Source of the DNA: a virus
Taxonomy: Duplodnaviria; Caudoviricetes
IMG/VR virus record: IMGVR_UViG_3300043468_000417
Coordinates: 1 to 60,364 of that record
Length of the DNA stretch: 60,364 bases
Direction: 5' to 3' (one strand)
The translations under genes were made by a program, and so were the position numbers. Below the pieces are notes generated by a model. That model worked only from the letters and a program-made list of their open reading frames with translations, was not told the DNA's origin and made no database searches. This document shows positions 17,525-26,678 of the stretch, in pieces. Each line of letters opens with the position of its first letter. The first letter of the stretch is position 1.

Positions 17525-19267
17525 TTGACAAGAGCTAGAGACGTTGCCAACGTACTCTCAACCGCCACTAGTTTAGCGACGGATACAGAGACTGCGGCAG
17601 CTATCTCTAGCCACAATTCTGCAACAACTTCAGTTCACGGTATTTCAGATACAGCAGGATTAGCAACACAAACTTATGTTCAAAATAACAAAGGAATAAA
17701 TAAAGGCAATACTGCCTCACGCCCTGCTTCTCCTGCAAATGGAGATTTATATTATAATACAGAAACATCTGTACTTGAAGTATATGATGGAGGATGGTGG
17801 ATTCCAAATACCGCTCCAGGAATTCCTACATCACCAGTTGCAACAAATCAACCTTCATCACGAGCATTTAATAACGGACAAGCCTCAGTAGCATTTACTC
17901 CCGCAACAAGCGGCGGAAAAGCAACATCATTTACAGTTACTTCAACACCAGGCTCATATACAAATACAGGTTCATCTAGTCCTATCGTAGTTACTGGTTT
18001 ACAATCAAACACAGCATATACTTACGCAGTTACAGCAACTGGACCACTTGGAACATCTTCTGCATCATCTGCGTCTAGCGCAGTAACTGCAACTACTGTT
18101 CCACAGGCTCCAACTATAGGTACGGCTACACCAGGAAATGGATCTGCAACAGTTGCTTATACAGCAGGTGCAACAGGTGGCTCAGAAGTTACCACATTTA
18201 CTGCAACATCAAGCCCAGGGGGATTGACAGGTACAGGATCGTCTCCGATCACAGTTTCAGGATTAACAAATGGAACTTCTTATACTTTTACAGTCACAGC
18301 AACAAACACTAATGGAACATCAGCAGCAAGCTCTGCAAGTAGTTCAGTTACACCAATATCTGCCATAGCTGTTAATTATTTAATTGTTGGTGGTGGAGGT
18401 TCGGGTTCTGTGGCTCCAGTTAATAACGGTGCAGCAGGTGGAGGTGCGGGTGGATATAGAACATCTGTTGCTGGAGGAGTAATATCTGCAGGATCATCTT
18501 TGTCTTTATCAGGTGGCACAACATATACAATAACTGTAGGTGGTGGTGGTGCTGGAGGAACAAAGAGTTCTAATGGTGGTGGTGGATCCGCTGGTTTTGG
18601 AAATAGTGGAACAAGCTCATCTATATCTGGTACTGGATTAACTACAATTACAGCAAATGGTGGCGGTGGTGGCGCACCACAAGGTGGTAATGGCTTATCA
18701 GGCGGTTCTGGCGGTGGTTCAAACCAAGGAAGCGCAGGAGGCAGTGGTAATACGCCATCCACAACACCAGCACAAGGAACTAATGGTGGAAACTCATCTG
18801 GTGACGGTGGCGGAGGCGGCGGAGGCGCAGCACAAGCAGGTAACGTTACTACTGCTCCATCTGGTGATAGTCCTGGAAGCGGTGGTAATGGAGATTACAA
18901 TAATTTAACTAATGCAACATCTACTGGTCAATTATCTGGAGGCAATTACTATGTAGCAGGCGGCGGTGGTGGTGCAGGATACGGTGGCAATTCTGGATAT
19001 GGCAATGGTGGTCTAGGCGGAGGCTCACAGGGACACGCAAGAGCAAGTTCTCCAACTGCAAATGGAGCTGAAAACACTGGTGGAGGCACTGGTGGCGCAG
19101 GAGGAACAACAGGCTCAGTAAATATTTCAGGTAATGGTGGTTCTGGTGTAGTAATACTAAGAACCTCAGATGCAGTTTCAACAGCATCTTCATATACTGG
19201 AACATTATTTACAACTGGTGGATTTAAATATTATAAATTTACAGGAACAGGGAGTATAACCTTCTAA
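17525..19267 (+). CDS. Adhesin-like protein: MTRARD N-terminus, 2x FN3, glycine-rich domain (TTG start)
   Basis: GLQSNTAYTY and GLTNGTSYTF FN3 strands; paralog of 24439. Confidence 0.75.
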   Translation: MTRARDVANVLSTATSLATDTETAAAISSHNSATTSVHGISDTAGLATQTYVQNNKGINKGNTASRPASPANGDLYYNTETSVLEVYDGGWWIPNTAPGIPTSPVATNQPSSRAFNNGQASVAFTPATSGGKATSFTVTSTPGSYTNTGSSSPIVVTGLQSNTAYTYAVTATGPLGTSSASSASSAVTATTVPQAPTIGTATPGNGSATVAYTAGATGGSEVTTFTATSSPGGLTGTGSSPITVSGLTNGTSYTFTVTATNTNGTSAASSASSSVTPISAIAVNYLIVGGGGSGSVAPVNNGAAGGGAGGYRTSVAGGVISAGSSLSLSGGTTYTITVGGGGAGGTKSSNGGGGSAGFGNSGTSSSISGTGLTTITANGGGGGAPQGGNGLSGGSGGGSNQGSAGGSGNTPSTTPAQGTNGGNSSGDGGGGGGGAAQAGNVTTAPSGDSPGSGGNGDYNNLTNATSTGQLSGGNYYVAGGGGGAGYGGNSGYGNGGLGGGSQGHARASSPTANGAENTGGGTGGAGGTTGSVNISGNGGSGVVILRTSDAVSTASSYTGTLFTTGGFKYYKFTGTGSITF

Positions 19268-20991
19268 TGGCCAATAAAGATTTTAAGGTAAAAAATGGGT
19301 TAGATATCCAGACTCCCCTCCCTGTTTCTATGGGCGGAACTGGACAAACCTCTACTACTAATACCCTAAATTCTTTACTACCGTCCCAAGATGGAAACAA
19401 TAATAAAGTTCTAGCAACAGACGGAACTAATACAACCTGGGTGGCACAATCAGTTGCATATCAAAGAGGCGGAACAGCAAGTAGACCAGCATCTCCTACA
19501 GCAGGAGATCTTTATTATAATACTGATAACAACTACTTTGAAAGCTACACAGCAAATGGTTGGTTTCCAATTGCTGCCGCTCCTGGAATTCCTACATCTG
19601 TTGTAGCAACTAACCAGCCATCTGGCAGAGCATATAATAATGGAAAAATGTCTGTAGTATTTTCTACAGCAACAAATGCAGGAGCACCAAGTTCTTTTAT
19701 AGTTACCCCAACTCCTACTACATCTCCAACAACATTTACTGGATCTTCTAGTCCAATTGAAGTAACAGGGTTAGCTTCTAGCACACAATATACTTATACG
19801 GTTGTTGCAACTAGTCCATATGGCACATCATCTGCTTCATCTGCCTCAACAGGAGTAACTGCAACTACAGTGCCACAGGCACCAAGTATAAGCGCTACAG
19901 GTGGTAATGCACAAGCAACAATTACAATTACACCAGGTGCAACTGGTGGTTCAGAAATTACTGGATATTCAATTATTTCAAACCCAGTTACAACAACAGA
20001 AACCACTTCAAATACAACTTATACATTTACTGGTTTAACAAATGGAACATCTTATACATTTACAGCAACAGCAACAAATGCTAACGGAACATCAGCGGCA
20101 AGTTCTGCATCTAACTCAATTACACCAAACGTTACAGGTATTGGATATTTGTATGGAGGTAGCTCTGTATCAACAATAAATAGATTAAACTTTGCTACAG
20201 ATTCTTACTCTACTTTATCTGCTACTGCGCCAGCAGCAATCGGTTCAGGCGCTGGTAGTGCAAATTCTGGAGTTGCAGGATATGCTTATGGTGGCTATGA
20301 ATCAAATTGGACTGATAGAATAGCTAAACTTACATTTTCGGGAGAGACTGTATCAACAATATCGGCAACTATTGCTACTGCCGTGTATGGCAATGCATCT
20401 TTTTCAAATAATGGAACAGCGGGATTTACAGTAAATGGGCATCAAGGAAGTTCATTTTTAGATCAAGTAAATAAATTAAATTACTCAAATGACACTAGGT
20501 CGCTAGGCGGAACAATGGGACCACTATACTTAACAAGTGGAATATCTAATAAAGGATCCGCTGGGTATACAGTAGGTGGATATAGTTGGGGACTAGGTTT
20601 CCCGAATAGAGTTTATAAGTATACATTTTCCAACGATACTGGATCCTTATTGGGAACAACCTATGCGGTAGCTGCGTATAATATTGTTACTTGGGAAAAT
20701 GATGGAACTGCTGGTTATGCTGCTGGTGGTGGAGATATGATGCATACTGGTGTACACAAAATGCCATTCTCAACTGATACAATATCTAGCGCAGTAGCAT
20801 CATTAGCACAAGGAGGAGACTGGGGAGGCGGATTGTCAAGGAGGGGTAACGCTGGATACTATTGTTTAGGTAGAATTAATGTAAATACTACATCTAAGTT
20901 TTTATTTGCAACAGATACAAGAAGTGAAGTTGGTGGAACTTTAACTACTAGAAGTGGCATACTTTCAATGTCTAATAACGGAGTATTTTAA
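19267..20991 (+). CDS. Adhesin-like protein: KDFKVK N-terminus, 2x FN3, Kelch-like six-blade propeller
   Basis: Six G[YF]xxxG blade repeats in the C-terminal half. Confidence 0.7.
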   Translation: MANKDFKVKNGLDIQTPLPVSMGGTGQTSTTNTLNSLLPSQDGNNNKVLATDGTNTTWVAQSVAYQRGGTASRPASPTAGDLYYNTDNNYFESYTANGWFPIAAAPGIPTSVVATNQPSGRAYNNGKMSVVFSTATNAGAPSSFIVTPTPTTSPTTFTGSSSPIEVTGLASSTQYTYTVVATSPYGTSSASSASTGVTATTVPQAPSISATGGNAQATITITPGATGGSEITGYSIISNPVTTTETTSNTTYTFTGLTNGTSYTFTATATNANGTSAASSASNSITPNVTGIGYLYGGSSVSTINRLNFATDSYSTLSATAPAAIGSGAGSANSGVAGYAYGGYESNWTDRIAKLTFSGETVSTISATIATAVYGNASFSNNGTAGFTVNGHQGSSFLDQVNKLNYSNDTRSLGGTMGPLYLTSGISNKGSAGYTVGGYSWGLGFPNRVYKYTFSNDTGSLLGTTYAVAAYNIVTWENDGTAGYAAGGGDMMHTGVHKMPFSTDTISSAVASLAQGGDWGGGLSRRGNAGYYCLGRINVNTTSKFLFATDTRSEVGGTLTTRSGILSMSNNGVF

Positions 20992-20997
20992 AATAAT

Positions 20998-21561
20998 ATG
21001 GATAATTTACCTTTACCAATAGAACCATCACACCCAATATATCTTGCATTAACAGAAATACAAAAGCCTAGGTCCAGATTTCAACTTGAAAAATTTGTAT
21101 TAGGCCAACACGATACTGTTGAACAGCAATATAAACAATGTCTAGTTGAAATTCAAGAACTAATTTATAACTTAAAAATTGTTAGTTTAAAATTAAAAAA
21201 ACAGCAAGTAGAAATAGATAGGCTAAAAGCATCAGAAGATGAAATTGATTTAATTGATTCTGAAATAAAAGAAATAGAAATGCACCAAACAAAACTTGTA
21301 ATGCTCGGCGCACAAAGAGAGTTGCAGGACTTAGTTGGTATTTGGGAGTCTTTTGAGCATAAGTATTCTTATGAAGAATTAGAAAGTTCTCAGTTAGAGT
21401 ACTGGGATAAAAGATTAAAGAGACAGTCAATATTAGAAAACATAGGCGGAAGTCAAGCACAGGCATCTCATTTAGAAGCTCTTAGACAAATAGGTATTAT
21501 TGAAATGGCTCCTAATGGAATAAAAGAAGTTGAATTAGAAGATCGTAAGGAGATATCGTGA
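20998..21561 (+). CDS. Helical/coiled-coil hypothetical protein
   Basis: Charged helical 187-aa ORF directly after the propeller gene. Confidence 0.6.
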   Translation: MDNLPLPIEPSHPIYLALTEIQKPRSRFQLEKFVLGQHDTVEQQYKQCLVEIQELIYNLKIVSLKLKKQQVEIDRLKASEDEIDLIDSEIKEIEMHQTKLVMLGAQRELQDLVGIWESFEHKYSYEELESSQLEYWDKRLKRQSILENIGGSQAQASHLEALRQIGIIEMAPNGIKEVELEDRKEIS

Positions 21562-21863
21562 AATATTACACTTGGAAATTAGATTGGGCTACGCAAGAAG
21601 GAATAGGACCAACTGAAAAAATAAATACAGAAAATGTTCGAATTGAACCGCATTTTACTATAGGAGAGCCTTCAAATCCTAATTCTATAACTTATGGATA
21701 TTTATTAGAAGGTTTAATTAACTTAGATGAATTAAGTAAATGGTCTGTAACAGAAATAACAATTGATGAAATGTTGGCTGCTGCTAAAACATTAAAAGAT
21801 GAGTCATACATTGAAAATGGGTTTATTATATTCCCTCCAATGCCAGCATTACAGGCTGAATAG
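21558..21863 (+). CDS. Hypothetical protein (GTG start)
   Basis: GTGA overlap, AAGGAG RBS. Confidence 0.65.
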   Translation: MKYYTWKLDWATQEGIGPTEKINTENVRIEPHFTIGEPSNPNSITYGYLLEGLINLDELSKWSVTEITIDEMLAAAKTLKDESYIENGFIIFPPMPALQAE

Positions 21864-21971
21864 TATATCTAAATATGCAGGCCACCGACCTCAATATAAA
21901 AGGGAAAACTCCTAAATAATAAAACGGTGGTATAATTAAATAATAAACAACTAGGGGAAATGTGAACTTAG

Positions 21972-22955
21972 ATGGCAAATAAAGACTTTAAGGTCAAGAA
22001 TAAACTTGTTATATCAGGTTTAACTAATGCTAATGGCGTTTTGCTAGCCGAAAATCATGCCGTCGATTCCCACACAAATTTAGCTACACAATATGGCGGA
22101 ACTGGAACAACAACCTCTCCTACTTCTGGCCAAGTATTATATTCAGCTTCTGGCTCTACATATGCCCCAACTACTTTATCATCATTAATTCAGGGATCTA
22201 GTTATCAAGCAGATGCCCCTTCTTCCCCCGACATTGGCGATATATGGATTGAATCAGATTCTACTTCAGACTCATTTGACCCCAACATTATTCGCCGTCA
22301 CACATTTACAGCAACGGCGGGACAAACAAATTTCGTAGCATCAGTAGCATTTATAGATGGATATGAGCAGGTATACTTCAATGGTCTTCTACTATTAAAG
22401 ACAACAGATTATACAACATCTTCTGGTACTACTGTTACTCTTGGTTCCGCCGCAGCAGCAGGCGACATTGTAGAGATAGTTACAATAACAAATTTAAATT
22501 CAACAAATACATATACTCAGTCTGAGATTAATACTATTGTTACAACTCAGGTAAATAATTTAATTGATTCCGCACCTTCCGCCTTAAATACGCTAAATGA
22601 ATTAGCAGCGGCATTGGGCGATGATGCAAGTTTTGCTACAACAGTTACAAACTCTTTGGCTGGCAAGAAGAATGAGACAGCCTCATCAATATCAGCAAAT
22701 ACAAATTTAGCGGTGGGAGTAAGATATTTTGTAACATCTGCTTCTGCTCTTACTCTAACATTACCCTCATCCCCTTCAGTAAATGATCAAATAGATGTAT
22801 TTGATGCTTCTGGAAACGCTTCGACGTATAATATAACTGTGGCCCGTAACTCCAAGTTAATTAATGGTAATGCGGGAAATCTAATTATTGACGTAAACGG
22901 CGGATGGTTTACTCTTGTTTTCACAGGTAATACATATGGATGGAAGGTAGCATAA
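21972..22955 (+). CDS. Multi-domain fibre adaptor
   Basis: KDFKVK, APSSP..GDIW, FTATAGQT, APSALNTLNELAAALGDD, YFV...TLTLPSSP. Confidence 0.7.
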   Translation: MANKDFKVKNKLVISGLTNANGVLLAENHAVDSHTNLATQYGGTGTTTSPTSGQVLYSASGSTYAPTTLSSLIQGSSYQADAPSSPDIGDIWIESDSTSDSFDPNIIRRHTFTATAGQTNFVASVAFIDGYEQVYFNGLLLLKTTDYTTSSGTTVTLGSAAAAGDIVEIVTITNLNSTNTYTQSEINTIVTTQVNNLIDSAPSALNTLNELAAALGDDASFATTVTNSLAGKKNETASSISANTNLAVGVRYFVTSASALTLTLPSSPSVNDQIDVFDASGNASTYNITVARNSKLINGNAGNLIIDVNGGWFTLVFTGNTYGWKVA

Positions 22956-24439
22956 TGGCCGATTTAAGAGCATCAGGATTAGGCGGGGTTCCAAAAGGAG
23001 AAACCGCAGATAGACCATCATCTCCATCAGTTGGCGACGTATTTTATAATGGTACATTAGGTTGTTTAGAGATTTATACGGCACAAGGATGGGTTGCAAA
23101 TAGTGCACCTCCAGGAATTCCAACAATTGGAACAACAACATATTCTGGAACAGACAAAGCATATAATAATTCATCTGCATCTGTAGCATTTACACCTGGT
23201 GAAGGTGGAGGCTTACCAAATTCATATCGTGCAACATCATCTCCTGGTGGATTTACAGGTACTGCATCATCTTCTCCGATTACAGTAAGCGGATTACAAT
23301 CAGCAACTGCCTATACATTTTCAGTAACAGGAACAAATAATTTTGGCACATCTGCAGGATCAACTAATTCTAATTCAATTACAGCAAACACTGTTCCTCA
23401 AATACCTGGAACTCCAGTTGCAGCATATGCTTCAAACACATCCGCAACATTAACTTTTACTGCTGGAGCAACAGGAGGATCATCAATAACAAACTATAAG
23501 TATTCTACAGATGGCACAAATTATACAGCACTGTCTCCAGCACAAACTTCAAGCCCATTAACTATAACTGGATTAACTGCATTTACAAATTATACATTTT
23601 ATATCAAAGCAGTAAATGTAAATGGAGATTCAGTAGCATCACCCATCAGCAATAGTGTATTTACTGGTCCTACAGTTTCTGGAGGAACGTTGACTTCTGA
23701 CTCAACGTATTATTATAGAACATTTAGCGCAACTGACAGTTTAATAATTTCTGGTGCTTCAGTAACTGCAGATACACTTATAGTTGCTGGAGGAGGAGGT
23801 GCTGGATATGATGTTGGCGGCGGAGGCGGCGGAGGCGGAGTTATTTATGCAACTTCAAAAAGTTTATCACCAGCAACCTGGGCAATAACTATTGGCGCTG
23901 GAGGCTCATCTGATAACAATGGATCTCTTACAAAAGGCGCAAATGGACAAAATACAACAGCATTTGGCTTGACAGCATTAGGAGGCGGCGGCGGCGGAAC
24001 ATATAACTCTGTAACGGCTGGTCAATCTGGTGGTTCTGGTGGTGGAGCAGGAATGAACAGTAGTGGAGGAGCTGCAACTCAAACTTCTGGTTCTGGTTAT
24101 ACTGGTTATGGAAATTCTGGAGGTTCTGCGGGTGCGGCTTATGGATCAGGAGGCGGCGGAGGTGCAGGTGGAGTTGGTCAAAATAACACACCGAGTAACA
24201 GAGTTGCTGGTGGACTTCCCTTGTATAGCAGTATAACTGGATCATCTATAGCATACGCTGGTGGCGGCTATGGAAATAGCGATGGCGGTGCAGTATATAA
24301 TCCAGGATATGATTTAAATAATAACTATGTCGGCTACTATGGATTTGGAGCAAATGGTACTGGTACAGGTTCAACTTATCCTAGCGGAAATGGCGGAGTA
24401 GTAATTGTTCGATATACAAAGTCTCAAGTTGGTGGATAA
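22955..24439 (+). CDS. Adhesin-like protein: 2x FN3 plus glycine-rich domain
   Basis: Start moved to ATG 22955 (TAATG overlap); GETADRP, FN3 strands, Gly runs. Confidence 0.75.
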   Translation: MADLRASGLGGVPKGETADRPSSPSVGDVFYNGTLGCLEIYTAQGWVANSAPPGIPTIGTTTYSGTDKAYNNSSASVAFTPGEGGGLPNSYRATSSPGGFTGTASSSPITVSGLQSATAYTFSVTGTNNFGTSAGSTNSNSITANTVPQIPGTPVAAYASNTSATLTFTAGATGGSSITNYKYSTDGTNYTALSPAQTSSPLTITGLTAFTNYTFYIKAVNVNGDSVASPISNSVFTGPTVSGGTLTSDSTYYYRTFSATDSLIISGASVTADTLIVAGGGGAGYDVGGGGGGGGVIYATSKSLSPATWAITIGAGGSSDNNGSLTKGANGQNTTAFGLTALGGGGGGTYNSVTAGQSGGSGGGAGMNSSGGAATQTSGSGYTGYGNSGGSAGAAYGSGGGGGAGGVGQNNTPSNRVAGGLPLYSSITGSSIAYAGGGYGNSDGGAVYNPGYDLNNNYVGYYGFGANGTGTGSTYPSGNGGVVIVRYTKSQVGG

Positions 24440-26172
24440 TGTCTAGAATCAGAGATATAGCAAACTTATTCAGCGCAAATACGTCGGCAGCGACGGATTC
24501 AGAAGTATCTGCTGCTATCTCTGCACATAACTCTTCAACAACAACAGTACATGGTATTTCTGATACTTCCGCCCTTGCTACATCTACATCTGTTGCATCA
24601 GATATTTCAACACATAATACAACAGCAAATGGACATGTTAAAAGAGGTAATACTGCTTCTCGTCCCGCTTCACCTACAACTGGTGACATGTATATGAATA
24701 CACAATTAGGATATCCAGAATTTTATGAAGGAACTGCATGGGTTCCAATTGGAGCAGATCCAACTGCGCCATCGTCTGTTGTTGCTACAAACTCAGGATC
24801 TGGACGGGCATTCAATAATGGTCAAGCATCTGTTGCATTTACAGCAGGAACAGTACCAGGATCTAGTTATACAGTAACATCTTCCCCAGGTTCTTATTAT
24901 AATACTGGTGCATCATCTCCAATCCTTGTAACAGGATTACAATCAAATACATCTTATACTTTTACTGCCACCGCATCAAATGTTTATGGCACGTCTGTTG
25001 CCTCATCTGAGAGTAGCGCAATTACTGCAACTACTGTGCCTGCAGCTCCTAGCGTAAGTGCTGTTGGAGCATCTCAATCAGCAACAATTACCATTACCCC
25101 AGGGGCTACTGGTGGTTCAGCAATTACAGGATATTCAATAATTTCAAATCCAGCAACTACAACTCAAACAGCCTCATCTTCACCTTACACATTTACTGGA
25201 CTTACAAATGGAACATCTTATACATTTACAGCAACAGCAACAAACGCTAATGGATCCTCGGCAGCAAGTAGCGCAAGCAATAGTATAACTGCAGCAAACC
25301 CAGATATTAATGTTCATTATCTAGTTGTAGCTGGAGGAGGTTCTGGGGGAACAGCTGATGATGGCGGTGCGGGCGGCGGTGCAGGAGGATTCAGAACTTC
25401 ATTTGGAACTTCTGGAAGAAACTCTTCTGCAGAATCTCAATTAATTTTAAATTCATCAATACAATATACTATTACTGTTGGAGGAGGAGGATCTGGAGTT
25501 TTGGGTTCCCCAGGAACTGGTAAAGGAAATAATGGTATAGCTTCATCTATCAAAAATGGAGGAACCACATTAGTAGAATCTCTTGGCGGTGGCGGTGGTG
25601 GTGGGATTGTTGATGCAAATAACGCATCTACTGGAAACATGAATGGTGGAAACGGTGGTTGCGGCGGCGGTGCAGGACAAAGATCTGGATACGGTGCTAC
25701 ACCAGGAACTGGAGCCACAGGACAAGGTTTTGGCGGAGGCTCTCTTGACGGATCCACCGTTGATGCTGGTGCAGGAGGCGGCGGTGCAGGACAAGTTGGA
25801 GGAAGTACTTCTGGTCAATCTGGTGGATCTGGAGGAGCGGGAATTTCTTCTACAATAACTGGCTCATCTGTATTTTATTCAGGAGGAGGCGGAGGTGCAG
25901 GTTCTAATTCTTCTGGTTCTGGTGGATCTGGTGTAGGCGGCGCTGGCGCTGCTGGCTCAGGATCAGGTGGATCTAACGGTTCAACAAATTTTGGCGGTGG
26001 AGGAGGCGGATCAAATGCTCATGCTCAATCTTCTGGTAATGGAGGTTCTGGAGTTGTAATACTTCGTACCTCTGTAGCAGCAGCATCTACAACAGGCTCA
26101 CCAGATACAACTGGAACTGGTGGGGGAACGTATGTTTACAAATTTACAGCGACAGGGAGTATAACCTTCTAA
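24439..26172 (+). CDS. Adhesin-like protein: MSRIRD N-terminus, 2x FN3, glycine-rich domain
   Basis: Paralog of 17525 (VHGISDT, GNTASRPASP). Confidence 0.75.
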   Translation: MSRIRDIANLFSANTSAATDSEVSAAISAHNSSTTTVHGISDTSALATSTSVASDISTHNTTANGHVKRGNTASRPASPTTGDMYMNTQLGYPEFYEGTAWVPIGADPTAPSSVVATNSGSGRAFNNGQASVAFTAGTVPGSSYTVTSSPGSYYNTGASSPILVTGLQSNTSYTFTATASNVYGTSVASSESSAITATTVPAAPSVSAVGASQSATITITPGATGGSAITGYSIISNPATTTQTASSSPYTFTGLTNGTSYTFTATATNANGSSAASSASNSITAANPDINVHYLVVAGGGSGGTADDGGAGGGAGGFRTSFGTSGRNSSAESQLILNSSIQYTITVGGGGSGVLGSPGTGKGNNGIASSIKNGGTTLVESLGGGGGGGIVDANNASTGNMNGGNGGCGGGAGQRSGYGATPGTGATGQGFGGGSLDGSTVDAGAGGGGAGQVGGSTSGQSGGSGGAGISSTITGSSVFYSGGGGGAGSNSSGSGGSGVGGAGAAGSGSGGSNGSTNFGGGGGGSNAHAQSSGNGGSGVVILRTSVAAASTTGSPDTTGTGGGTYVYKFTATGSITF

Positions 26173-26678
26173 TGGCTAAATTAATAAGAGTATGGGATGG
26201 AAGTGCTTGGCAAGAAGTCGGCACCGCTATTCCTAATGGCCTTACAACAGATGGAACACAAACATTAACTAATAAAACTATATCTGGTGCATCTAATACT
26301 TTAACTAATATTGGAAATGCCTCTCTAACTAATTCAGCAATTACCGTTAATGGGTCCTCCGTTTCTTTGGGCGGAAGCGTAACAATTGTTACAGGACCAG
26401 CATCTTCTGCGGTATCATCTAATATAACAATGGCGGCTAATAATAATTACTTTGTAGATACTTCAGCGGCAAGAACCCTTACTCTTCCTGCCAGCCCAAC
26501 CCTAGGAGACACCATTGCAATATATGATGCATCAGGGACGGCGGCAACAAACAATATTACAATAGCAAGAAATGGCAACAAGATCAATGGACAAACAGAA
26601 AATGCTATAATAGATGTTGATCAATCAAGTTCTATATTTACATACACAGGCGCAACAGTTGGGTGGAGGTTCGATTAA
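26172..26678 (+). CDS. Fibre adaptor (RVWDG N-terminus plus YFVDT/TLTLPASP domain)
   Basis: Paralog of 14085. Confidence 0.65.
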   Translation: MAKLIRVWDGSAWQEVGTAIPNGLTTDGTQTLTNKTISGASNTLTNIGNASLTNSAITVNGSSVSLGGSVTIVTGPASSAVSSNITMAANNNYFVDTSAARTLTLPASPTLGDTIAIYDASGTAATNNITIARNGNKINGQTENAIIDVDQSSSIFTYTGATVGWRFD

